Shown here: positions 24,805 through 36,222 of the stretch, piece after piece
Position numbering within the stretch: position 1 is the stretch's first letter
How the letters are laid out: each line of letters begins with the position of its first letter
Source of the DNA: Lepidodermella squamata
Lineage: Eukaryota; Animalia; Gastrotricha
DNA length: 64,000 nucleotides
Direction of reading: 5' to 3'
NCBI GenBank assembly: GCA_047495785.1
Contig: JBLDXI010000045.1
Coordinates: forward strand, 62,001-126,000
Program-made: the position numbers and the translations under genes
The notes under the pieces: generated by a model
The model's database searches: none
The model's input: the letters and a program-made list of their open reading frames with translations, nothing else
What the model was told of the DNA's origin: nothing

Positions 24805-27062
24805 GACTTGAGTGGACTTAGAACCCAATGAAATGATGTAATGATTATGATTTATTTTTATGTGGCTTTCATCCGAACTTTTTTCCACCATTTAGCTTCA
24901 TGTGTGTGTCTTGATCACCATATCATAATATAGTTATTCAACAGTATAATTCAGTCTCTATTTTCACATTGATGAGGCATGATAACTCTGCGTCTGGAGT
25001 ATAAAAACGTGGTCATCTTATACATTCTGATGTATTTGGTTGTTTGATGAGCTGATAAAATCCACTTTGAATCAAAGCGGCATATCACTTTCCCTCACGT
25101 TTTGCAGACCGACCGACGTGATAAAAACCGGGGCTTGTGCTTGGCAATATCGCATAATCCAGGTGTTTGTTCGGAATGACATGAGGCATGGTTTTATGTT
25201 TTCTCTTTCGGAAATAGCAATTGATGTCTAAATTTTCCTACCACCTGAATATTGATATCTTATTCCACCTTAACAACAATTATGGGCGTGCGAATGACCA
25301 GGGAAATTGTTAAATTATGCTGTTATAATTACTTATTACTACTAATATTTATTGTTTTCTTTCACGGCATGAAAGAGCGAAAAAGGAAGAGAAATGAAAA
25401 ACTAAAAAAGTTTCTTCTGATCACGGCTATTTTTTTCTGAGCTAGGTGTGGTTCATCGTAGGTGAGGCGACGCCTGTGATTTGTCACGAAAACAAATAGC
25501 GAAGTGCTGAAATGTGGAAAAATTGTGTCACTTGAAATGACGCATTCCCACGCATTCTACACTAATATAGTTCCGCTATACCTGACATAATAGGAGCGAC
25601 ACTTGTATTCAATAGGAGAGGTGGCATAAAAGGAGAACAATTGAGCCTTGTTATTATTGCCCGAGCACGTGTGCTCTGTTTACCTAAGTCGGTGTAGTCA
25701 AATAACTTTGGCATATTGCGACCGCAGGCAGTGCCTCTCGCCAATTACGCTGTCTACGCAAGCAGTCACCTTAAAAAACAAGCCGAAAAATCAGATCTGA
25801 CTCACGCATGGACGCAATTACTAGACCAATTATTATTATTTATGGCTCGAGCATCTGCTTGTGTAATTTTACGCGAAATCTTACTTCTGAATTTCTGAAA
25901 CTCGTGCTATCCCCCGGCGTCATTTGACCGAGCAGTCTGATAGTATAAAAACATTTTACGACGTGCGATACGTGTTGGTAAACATGTTCTGAGAGGTTTT
26001 TTTCCGCAATGCGTCGACCACATTTTTGTGCTGGCTGGAACAACAACCAAGCGCAGGTGCAGCGCAAATGCAATAATAAAATTATTACCATGGAGGTGCT
26101 AATGCAGCAACAAAATTGTTTTATTTTGTTCATTACAATTGTAACAATTATTTGAAAAGATATAATAGAATTGATATGTTGGTTTAGGGTCGAAATAACA
26201 AGGCAACGTCGATATTTTATCGGCCTAACAAGAGGTAAAAATAGCAAGCAATAGTCTGCTATTATCGGCCCAAAACAGCAGAGGAAAAGCAATTTATCAA
26301 GATTTATAATCCCAAAATCAACACAGGTTCACGAATTTTTCATCGACTCGTTAAACGTAAAAATGCATCGAATTATCGGGAGTTTTCAATGTTTATTCAA
26401 CATTACGTATTTGCACTCGAGAATTTAGGAATTTAGGAGACGCACGAGAAATTTTATCCACCTCTGAGAGCAGAAAAATAATTGATGATATACACATATA
26501 AGAAAGTTAACTCTGCTAGCAATATATAAGCGTATTTTTTATGACATAATAATATTACGTAGGGTTCTCGTAAGTACCTGGGTGAACAACTCCAAGAAAA
26601 AACGATAAGCCGATGTGCTTTTTTATTCGGCATGCACAAAAAGTTGTTGGGCAGGCGCGAGAATATATTTTCTAACACATACAAAGCAGCAGACCACAAC
26701 CAGACGCCGTTTACACATATACACATTACATATAAAAGCCGAATGCACAAACTCAGTTAGAAAAAAACGAATGTCGTTGGCCTTTCAAACGGAATGACAG
26801 AATAGATCGGAATCGAATCAAAAAGTAATCTTTATTTCTGAAGAACGGAATAAAGTTGTGCGAGCTACGGAATAAAAAATTAATCATCGGAACTCTCCAA
26901 TTAAACTGGAAAGCGATATATATCTTATATATAACACGAAGACGGATGATTATTTTGACACAACATCGATTACAGCAAGATTTTTCAATAATGGAATTGC
27001 AGCGCGGTTGATGATATATAATTGCTCAAGCAGATTTATTGCTCAACAAAACTTGCAGGTTC

Positions 27063-28972
27063 TTACTGCTGACCAACAGATTTCGGCTTCGGCTGGTAGT
27101 CTTTGATCATTAAACAAGCGAAAATTGTCAGAATCATCTTCGATTTCAACTCGACCAAATCCTCGGGAAGGGCGTACACTTTAGCACCGATTTTACGTGC
27201 CATCGAAATGGCGTATGAAGCATTTGATAGCTTATCATCCCCACGCAGGACAGAGTAGTCCACAGAGCCTGGGTGAAGAGCATCGACTACGTCCAGAACA
27301 ATGCGGCCATCACTCAACGCTGAGTCTTGGAAAGAAGTGAAGGCAGAAGTTTTGCCGGCAAGTTTGAGTTTGTGATTAGCCCAGTCAATGATTTCACGCT
27401 CGCCAACCGGTTTGTTCGAATCGGTAAGCTGCGCAAGGACGGCGAGTGTGTAGGCACGCATCAATTGCCAGACCAGGCCAAGAGTAAGCGTCACAACTCC
27501 ATCACAGATATCCGAGCCCTGAATGCCGACAAGGGAGAATTTTAGCTGCTTGCCCAAGTCAACTGCATAATTGGCGTTTTCGAGTTTCTGGAAGTTTTCG
27601 CGTAGCTTTGAGAAGGTCTTATGTACCTTGGTCCAATTAACAAGACCAGGCTTGATGTAATCGTAAAGCTGGAAAATGATAAGACCACTTCTCAAATCGG
27701 TGTATAAGTGGTTGACATAAGGAGAAACTCCGAGCGAATTCATCCAATTGCGGAATGTTTTCTCCTCACGACTTTCTTCGATAACTTCAATGACTGGGGC
27801 TGGCTCGTCAGTAAAGAGCCCCGGGTAATTGTTGAACAAATTAGCGACGAAGGCAAGATTGAGTTTTTGGTTTCCGTTGCACACATCCTCTGGACGAACA
27901 AAGCGGCGACAGTCAATTTTGTCAGCCTCGTGTAGCATGGCAGTAGCACGAGTCAGGAGATCGCCTTCTTGGAGTGGCCTAAGCGATACGCCTTTCTCAC
28001 GTGGCGCAACTTGATTCAACAGGTGCGAGTAAACAAATGAATCTTTGATATCATCGGAAAAGTTCATGACACGACGATCTACGCCAGCACGTTGCATATG
28101 ATAGTTGACCCATCGCAATAGAATCTCTTCGGGTGACATGCGCATCAAATCCTCTGGAGTTTCGTCCGACTTCAACAGCAGCCAAAGATTAGGATGCTCT
28201 TTCAGATTGATCTTGTTTAGCAAGCCAAGCTAAACGTAAATAAAAAATCATTAGAACCAATTAATAGATATAGTAACAAGCATACTCTGATGATTTGCCA
28301 CACCAATCCCAAGACGATGTGAGGCCTGCCTTCCATCAAAATAGAAGTGCTGATGTTCGTTGTTACGCATCCGATAGACTGAGCAGAATTGATGGCTAAG
28401 TTAAGATTCTCATGCTTCTTTACGACGTGCATGTTTTCGGCTTTATTAACAGCACGCATATCAATCGTTCCCGGTTCAGAAACGTTAATAAGCTTGCACA
28501 GCAAGATGCCATCCTCGACTTTAGAGTACAAATCAGCACCACCATCTTTCAGCGGAAGGTAACGAGTCAAGGTCTTATCACTCCCCAAGCAGTTGTTAAT
28601 CCAGTCAGCAAAGGCGCGTTGTTCAGCGTAAGTAGCAGAATGCTTAATACCAGTGTCTTCGTTGTCATAACGTTCGATATTTTCTGTTGTTTTCACTGTT
28701 TTCTTAAACTGCCTGCCTAAATCTCGCTGACCACGAATCTTTGTGGCCACGGCAAGAAAGTTGTCGATATCGACGCGCCCGTTAGAAACTTTCAGCTCGG
28801 TCTCCGCAAGATGACGAACTTCGTGACCCGGGAGATGCAAACCAAGCGATTTGAAAGCAGCAACCAAGTCTTCCTTGGCAATGCTAGCTTGACCCGAAGT
28901 GTCAAACTGTTTGAGGGTTTCCAGTTCTTCCAACTGATCCTCGGCAAAAATAACGCTCTCTTTCTGGCTCAT
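27063..28972 (-). CDS. Plastin/fimbrin actin-bundling protein (about 617 aa); exons 28972-28286, 28229-27063
   Basis: Degenerate EF-hand N-terminus plus four CH domains (AFADWIN, DGILLCKLIN, ENLNLAINSA, LGLVWQIIR, PEEILLRWVNYH, ESREEKTFRNWMNSLGV, YAISMARKIGA). Confidence 0.96.
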
Positions 28973-29983
28973 TTGAATAAATGGTAACAGACGATTAATG
29001 AAATTCTATAAGATAAACAGAATGTTTAGAAGCGGTGAATGAGATATGAGGCAAGGTGAAAGCAAAACAATAGCGGTTTGGCGCAACTATTCGAAAGAAC
29101 TATTCGTATTGGTATGACGAGTCTACAATCGTGGCCCGTTATCAAGCGCAGCTTATATCATAGGGCTGGACGCGCGACCACAATAGTGTAAACGGTAAAC
29201 ACATGCCACGGAAAGAAATCATCACACGCTGAGTGGCGGATGCCGCTAGGCGGACACCCACGTTGAAATGCCACTTGGTTTCATCGTTCATCGTGCTTAT
29301 TCATCGCAACTGAAGCACATACCTGTGTAGCTCTCAGGTGTTTATGCGAATCCAACTTGTTGCTGATTCACGTTTACCGCACGATAAAAAATAAGGTGAA
29401 TACCGTCATTAAAATATGTTTGCAAAAATATCGCTAAAAACACAAGTTATGTTGTTTCTAATATGTTACTAATAATAAAATGCTTAAAGAATGCCGCATG
29501 TTTTATGTAATCTTCCAGAATTGATCGTCGATCGTTTTCCTTGTTTTCCCTCTTTATTGAGGCCAGTTAGGAGTGACCTACTTTATTCTCAACGCCAAGC
29601 GGCTTCCTTACACCTTCTATGTTCTATCACAAACGGTTTTGAGTAGTGCCAGATTCCAGACAGAGAGCGGATCGATTAGGGAAGTTCACAGAGGTGGATC
29701 ATTCGAAGGTGTCAAAATCGCTCCAAGCTAGTCAGCCTTCGGCGATTAATATAGCGAGTCGAGTTTAAGCTCTTTGAATATTAAGGCTCTGGCCGAAATA
29801 TACGGCGCTGATGATCATTCAAAGTTGCTGGAAGGTTTATCTGCTAAGCTGATCGGATTCGTGCCAAAATGAACTTACAATTTTAATAGAACTGCGTTTA
29901 AATCAACTTCAAGGGTCCTCAGCTGTGCGTGATTCCTTGCCTGAACCTGATTTTAATGAAGACTCCATTCACCGATTTAGTTT

Positions 29984-30155
29984 AAGTTCGTACCGGAAAA
30001 TTCATATCGTGGTCATTTCGTACCAATACAAATTCATATCGTTATTCTAATCCTCGCATTGCTTTGGGTATGAAAAAATCACTAAAAATTTTATGAAAAG
30101 ATCACCACTTTTGGTACGAAATGACAGTGGTACGAAATTGCGGGTACGAAGTTAC
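29984..30155. mobile_element. MITE-like element with inverted GTACGAA sub-repeats
   Basis: TTCGTACC twice on the left and GGTACGAA three times on the right. GTCATTTCGTACCA (30012-30025) is the perfect reverse complement of TGGTACGAAATGAC (30112-30125). Confidence 0.55.
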
Positions 30156-30927
30156 ACTTTACCACCAAGAGGTTCCTAAAATTGAATAGGCCTCATCAAC
30201 AAAGAAAAATCGATCATGTGTGTAGAAAACGAAAGTCACGAAAGTCAAGAAAACGAAGCGGCACTTATGATATTTCGAGCTCGGAAAAACAGTTGAGCCC
30301 AAGGTTTTCCGTATGTGAAGAAGGACCAGCGGTGACAGCCAGTAACGATTGAGGCCACACAAGAAGTCAATATGATTTCGGTTATCATCACGAATCTTTC
30401 CGGCAAATGTTGATAATTTTTATGCTGAAATTAATGTTTTCGACGTGATACCCGGAAAAATTGAGTAATCCCCCCTGCGTCAAGGGACTATTTTCGTGGC
30501 GTGGACTAGCTGAGTTCCTCGTTATTTGTGTACGAATGACCATTCGAGATAGCCCTTTGATATACTCCAATAGCTTTGGCCACAATTTTTGGAAAGCCAG
30601 CAACTTAATTTCTTAGAAATATATTCCTAGTTTGTTCCTTTATGCACAATATGAACTAAATTACGAGTCACGCTTTTGAAGAGCGAAAAGGTAAATTTTC
30701 CAGAGAATCAATCAGCTGTAAAATTGTTTTATCAGGCTCCTTTGACCAACTTTTTTTAAAATTAAATTGTTTGGTGCTGTTTGGTGACAGTGAATAACTG
30801 CTCCAATCTATCCGATTGAGCCACTAGTTCGAGCTAAAACGGCGGATTGTAGAGTCTGGAGTCGATAATATCAAATAGTTCGCGTGCTCTTCAAAAATAG
30901 CTTTTTCCTAGCGCCATGACCAGTGAC

Positions 30928-31000
30928 CAGGCCCGTGGTTTTTACTGGTTATAAGCTGGCGACTGGCTACACAGAGGCATTTGGTTCGATTCAGAGCCCT
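30928..31000 (+). mobile_element. Possible tRNA-derived SINE head or tRNA pseudogene
   Basis: A-box-like TGGTTTTTACTGG and B-box-like GGTTCGATTC (30983-30992) at tRNA spacing. The cloverleaf is not intact. Confidence 0.3.
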
Positions 31001-31469
31001 GCAAGGTGAATTTTCTCTAAAGTGAAATTTACGACCCCCAAGCCTTGGATCACGTGGACAGCACGTGGTTGGCCAGAGATACTATGGAGATCAATGAAAA
31101 CAGCTGACAACAATGCTGACAGCATTTAACAATTCTCAGAAACCCAGAGCTGAAATAAATAAACCTCGCAGTCATAATAGCAAATAATATCAGGCAGTTG
31201 TTTATTTTGATCTACGAAGTGTGATAAAGAGACTTTTTTAATTTGGGTCTCAAATATTGCTCATGAGTACCCTATCCGTGGCCGATGCGGATTAAAAGGT
31301 AACTAATAACTAATAACTACAGCACGACAAAGCAATTTGGGTAGGATATATAAAGTGTTTTGTTGCCGTTTGCTGTTGAAGTATAAGTCGGCAGGTCTCG
31401 ACGTAATCTGGAAGATGGGCTAACCTAGGTCAAAACTAGTTTCCACAAACTCCACAAAGTCCATCAGCC

Positions 31470-31714
31470 TCATCGCAATTGGCACGTACACAAATCGCCT
31501 ATACACCCACAGTGCCTAATAGATCAATGACCAAATTATAAATGAAACAGTCGAGTTGAAAAAAAACTTACATGGCGCCGCAGCATGGAGCGTAATCTTT
31601 CCCGCAATGCCAAAACAGTTTTTGACACGCGGCTGTGGGCTCTGCCATGAAAGCGATCAAAATACACACCAAAAGAATGGCCGCCGTGAAAACCGTCGAT
31701 GTTCCAAGTGACAT
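31470..31714 (-). CDS. Secreted 8-Cys knottin (ICK-type) peptide 1, 62 aa; exons 31714-31572, 31515-31470
   Basis: Spliced product MSLGTSTVFTAAILLVCILIAFMAEPTAA-CQKLFWHCGKDYAPCCGAMHCGCIGDLCTCQLR*. 56-nt GTAAG...TAG phase-2 intron; TATAAA 31785-31780; AATAAA 31206-31201. Confidence 0.9.
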
Positions 31715-31779
31715 TTTAGCAAGTTATAAAGCTTACAAATGAATCGTGAATATAGCTGCAGTCAGTGGTGAAACAAGCA

Positions 31780-31785
31780 TTTATA
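31780..31785 (-). promoter_or_regulatory. TATA box of knottin 1; equivalent boxes at 32478-32483, 34300-34305, 35964-35969
   Basis: GCTAT(AT)AAAT context is conserved 60-70 nt upstream of the ATG in all four copies. Confidence 0.75.
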
Positions 31786-32163
31786 GCCATGACCGGAAAC
31801 GGTATGATAGTTGGATAATTGCCTTGACCATAACGGACAACACAAAACAACAACAATTCTTGAACTAGCAAATAACATCACGCGTTACAGCTGTTTATTT
31901 TGATTTTCAAAGTGCGATGAAGAGAAATTGTTGAGTCGGATAAATGATGAAATATGGTCTCAACTGTTGCTCATGATGTACCTTAGGCCTATAGCGGATA
32001 AAGTAACTAACCAATAACTAATAACTACAGCATGACAAAGCAATTTGGGTAGGATAAAGTGTTTTGTTGCCGTTTGCATGTTGATGTGAGTCGACAGATC
32101 TCGACGCAATTTGGAAGATGAGCTGAACTGCGGCCTTGGATAGTGACATTGAATGACAATTGT

Positions 32164-32409
32164 TCAAACCAAATTGCATGTACACAAATCGCCAATACAC
32201 TTACACTGCCTATTAAAGAAAAGAGCAAATTTTAGATGGGACAGTCGAGGTAAAAAATAAACATACATGCTGCCGCAGCATGGAGCATAACCTGACCCGC
32301 AATGCCAGAACAGTTTTTGACACGCGGCTGCGGGCTGTGCCATGAAAGCGATCAGAATGCAAACCAGAAGAACGGCCGCCACGAAAACCTTCGATGCTCC
32401 AAGTGACAT
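32164..32409 (-). CDS. Secreted 8-Cys knottin peptide 2, 62 aa; exons 32409-32267, 32209-32164
   Basis: MSLGASKVFVAAVLLVCILIAFMAQPAAA-CQKLFWHCGSGYAPCCGSMQCKCIGDLCTCNLV*. The 57-nt GTATGT...TAG intron is read through by the ORF track. AATAAA 31899-31894. Confidence 0.9.
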   Translation of the reverse strand: MSLGASKVFVAAVLLVCILIAFMAQPAAACQKLFWHCGSGYAPCCGSMYVYFLPRLSHLKFALFFNRQCKCIGDLCTCNLV

Positions 32410-33985
32410 TTTAGCAAGTTATAAAGCTTAGAAGGAATGTTTCGTGAATAAAGCAAGACTTAGTGGTGAAACAAGTATTTATAGCCATGACCGCATGCGG
32501 TATGATAGTTAGATATAATTGCCTTGACCAACCGACAACACAAAAGAAAATACAATTTTTGAACGATTTTCTTTTACCGCTATCAACCTTTTTATTAACT
32601 CTATTATGACTCTATTAGCTCTAATTTCCAAATGCATTGCCTTTTGTTGTAAATATCCACCATTCCCGTAACTTGCCATCATATTTAACACTTGCCATCA
32701 TTATTAGGTATAACTATACCTCAAACGCGCCAAAGCCAAAGTTGTGTTTTTTCAGTGCGCAATAAAACCAAAAATTGAAAATGTGTATCCTGAATACCTA
32801 ATTTTTTGTTTATTTCATTCTTTTTATTGCCCCTTCTCAGTTTACAAAACAAAATTTTACAAAGCAAATGAGAACTTCCGACATGCCGTGTGGTCAGTGG
32901 TCAATGCCTTGGCCGTTTTTCAAAGCCAGCATATTCACTGGTAACACTGGTTTACACTGGTAACATTTATATTGCAATGAACTAGTTTCATTGGAGTTAG
33001 AACCCGTTGGAAGTTAATAGCGGCCAATTTCGTTAGCGGCAAAAAGTGGGTTGTAGCCCAAGTGGCGAAGAGTGTTCATATCGTGAACAATTATTGCACA
33101 TGAATTATGGCGGTCGTATGTTGGGCTAGGAGTCTTCAAGTAAAAGGCGAACTACTCATTTTTAAATGCAATTTGCACCAAAAGAACGCCTTGGAAAAAC
33201 TGCATACTCTTGTGTCAACGCTTCGACTGAAACCACTTTGCGGTCGTCGGTTATTGTCTGTTCGTATAACGAGTTCTGAATGAACTCGAAAAATGCGCGC
33301 GTTAGTAGTGAAAAACGCAAGTATTACATAAATGTAGCGCGATTGAAAAATTAGAATTCAATTGTTTTCAAATTTATACAATTATTTCATGTTTTACACC
33401 TCCGTTAGCCTTGGATAGTGGAATTCGCAGCTCTATCAAATTCTAACGTTCTATCAAAAAACACTGTACATCACTGATTTATAGCCATTCATGTTTGCCG
33501 TAAAAACTGGTTGCATTATTTTTCACAAAAATCAGAATTTTCACCATTTCGCAGTCATCGAATTTCCGCTCAATCGCGTTTACTTCATAGTTACTTGATT
33601 GACTAAGCTTTTTCCCGCTTAGAGTCCTGCTTACAGTTTGTAAGGCTGGGTAACATGCCTTATATTGTCTCTTCCACCAGCAAGATATAGATTTTCAACA
33701 TTTGTCAACCTGCTTTTTATTCCGACAGAGACATAATAACACTATATATAACGGTCAGGTGTAGACGATGAGCCATCATGATGCGCTCTAAGCCCAATCC
33801 GTGGCCTGTGCGGAAAGAGTATAACTAATAATAATTAACTACAGCACGACAAAGCAATTTGGCTAAGATAAAGAAGTGTTTTGTTGCCATTCGCGTGTGT
33901 AAAAATCGACAGGTCTCGACGTTATTAGGAAGTTGTGATAACCTGCGGCCTCTGATCGTGATAAGTGAAATTGATTGAAAATTGT

Positions 33986-34238
33986 TCAAACGTATTGGCA
34001 TGTACATACACTGCCAGTAGGGCACATACACTGCCTAAAATAAAGAAAATAGAACATTCAATATGAGAAAGTCGGATTGAAAAAAAACTTACATGCCGCC
34101 GCAGCATCGACGATTGTTATCGCCGCAATGCCAATGCATTTTTCCACACTCGGCTGATGCTGGCTCTGCCATGAAAGCGATCAAGATGCAAGCCAAAAGA
34201 ACGGCCGCCATGAAAATCGTCGATGCTCCAAGTGACAT
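33986..34238 (-). CDS. Secreted 8-Cys knottin peptide 3 (divergent), 64 aa; exons 34238-34093, 34034-33986
   Basis: MSLGASTIFMAAVLLACILIAFMAEPASA-ECGKMHWHCGDNNRRCCGGMQCMCPTGSVCTCQYV*. Same phase-2 intron; AATAAA 33721-33716. Confidence 0.9.
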
Positions 34239-34382
34239 TTTTTAGCAAGTTATAGGAAATGTTTCGAGAATAAAGCTACGCTCAACGTTGAAACAATCAT
34301 TTATATAGCCCTGGCCGCACTAATAATCAACGGCAAACACAAAAGAAAAGCAGGCAACAAACTAAATTTTTTTGACCAGATA

Positions 34383-34560
34383 CCGTATACTCCGAAATAG
34401 TGACCCATGCTCAAAATTATAACTCATCCTCTTGAGTTATTTTCCAACTTAAACGTTAATTCTTGCGTATCTCATTTCGAGGGGCATTTTATTTTTGAAT
34501 TTGAAACACTCTGAACTCTGAAATAATACGAACACAGGTGTACTATTTCGGAATATACGG
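34383..34560. mobile_element. Tc2/pogo-type MITE (178 bp) upstream of knottin 3
   Basis: TA|CCGTATACTCCGAAATAGT ... ACTATTTCGGAATATACGG|TA: 19-bp TIRs with 1 mismatch and a TA target duplication. CCGTATATTC termini match the start of the C. elegans Tc2 TIR. Confidence 0.75.
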
Positions 34561-35650
34561 TATTAACCTTCAATTGCATTGCCTTATGTTGTAAATATCC
34601 ACCATACCGTGATTTGCTCATCATCATGACCAATGACCACTTGCCGTCATTACCTCAATTTTTTTAGTTTACTTCATTTTATAGTCAACTAAGCAAAAGG
34701 GTACTTACATACCATTGTCCTGGAAACTAGGCCGTTTCTCGTAGTTAGCATACCACTGGAGCAAATGAATCGGTTCCAATTTTATACCATAAAAATCTCC
34801 GCTCGCAATTGGCAGATCAAAACTCGTTCGAAAACCGATAAAATTCTATGATAAAATTCTATGGATGAGCGGTCTTGGCTGGGCGGGATAACTTGGAAGG
34901 TTCGTGGGTTAACATTTTCAACCACAAATACGCCTGGTATATCCACAGTTCCTGACTGCCGACATCTGCCTCATTGGTCCTGCCCGGGTAGGAGCGGCAG
35001 GGGTGACTCTGGCTGGTTGCGACTTCCACACAACACCATACCATATTTTTTGTTGGGACGCAAAGTAACCGGCGGATTTGTCACGCACCCGCTTGAAATT
35101 AAAACAAGTCTGCACATGATGGCGCTGATAACTGCGCCCTTTAAATCCCCCTGATTCAATGACCACGCAAATCACGATTGAGCGTGCACACGCTCAAAAA
35201 TAAGGATACAGTAAAACCTAATTAGATACAGTAAAATGGACAAATTAGATGTCTATATTCTATATTGCGTTTACAAAGTAATTTGACGATGCTTTTCCCG
35301 CTTCCTGCTCCGCTTACAGTTTGTAAAGCCGGTTAACACATGCCATATCGTTTGTTCCATCGGCAAGATAAAGATTTTCAACGTTTGTAAACCTGCTTTA
35401 TTTCGATTTGCATAAACATAATATTAGGAACAACGGTTCAGGTATAGATGATGAATCATCATCCAGCCCAATCCGCGGCCGGTGCGGGTAGAGTAACTAA
35501 TCAATAATTAACTACAGCACGACAAAGCAATTTGGGTAGGATAAAGTGTTTTGTTGCCGTTTGCATGTTGATGTGAGTCGACAGGTCTCAAAATAATCTG
35601 GAAGGTGGGCTGAACTGTGGCCTTCGATTGCGACATTGAATGACTGTTGG

Positions 35651-35895
35651 TCAAATCAATTCGCAATTACACATATCGCCTATACACTTACACTTCCTAT
35701 GAAAGAAAAGAGCAGATTGTGGATGGGATAGTCGAGGTAAAAAACTTACATGCTGCCGCAGCATGGAGCATAATCTCTCCCGCAATGCCAGAACAGTTTT
35801 TGACACAGGGCTGACGTGGGCTCTGCCATGAAAGCGATCAAAAGGCAAACCAGAAGAATGGTCGCCATGAAAACCTTCGATGCTCCAAGTGACAT
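35651..35895 (-). CDS. Secreted 8-Cys knottin peptide 4, 63 aa; exons 35895-35750, 35696-35651
   Basis: MSLGASKVFMATILLVCLLIAFMAEPTSA-LCQKLFWHCGRDYAPCCGSMKCKCIGDMCNCELI*. Same intron; AATAAA 35402-35397. Confidence 0.9.
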
Positions 35896-36052
35896 TTTAG
35901 CAAGTTATGAGGCTTTTAGGAATGTTTCGTGAATAAAGTTGCGCTCAGTGGTGATACCAAGTATTTATAGCCTGGCCGCATTGGTAAACACTGATGGCAA
36001 AAACAAAAGACAAGCAGCAAAGTACTTAATCGAAATTGTTGTTGACCAGATA

Positions 36053-36222
36053 CCGTATATTCCGAAATAGTGATCCATGCCCCATGCTCAAAATTAAAAC
36101 CTATATCAAGTTGAGTAATTTTCCAATTCAAGCGTGAATTCTTGCGTACCTCGTTTCGAGGAGCGTTTCATTAATGAATTCGGAACGCTCTGAAATAATA
36201 AGAACACACCAGGTGTATACGG
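36053..36222. mobile_element. Paralogous copy of the Tc2/pogo-type MITE upstream of knottin 4, right TIR partly deleted
   Basis: TA|CCGTATATTCCGAAATAGTG ... GGTGTATACGG|TA. Internal sequence is collinear with 34383-34560 and both have the same flanks (TTGACCAGA / TTAACCTT). Confidence 0.72.

Noticed and set aside
25040-26797. Short ORFs between VPS54 and plastin
   Set aside because: AT-rich low-complexity translations typical of UTR and intergenic DNA.
30810-30890. Faint tRNA-Tyr-like string (GCGGATTGTAGA)
   Set aside because: No acceptor stem or T-arm can be folded.
31960-32166. Stop-codon readthrough or selenocysteine at the shared TGA of the knottins; copy 2 stays open about 67 codons into a hydrophobic tail
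   Set aside because: Copy 4 has in-frame stops and copy 3 is frameshifted in the same region. No SECIS-like structure is conserved.
34998-35153. CAGGGG...CCCCTG ends as a hAT MITE between knottin units 3 and 4
   Set aside because: Only 6 bp of inverted match and no clear 8-bp target duplication.
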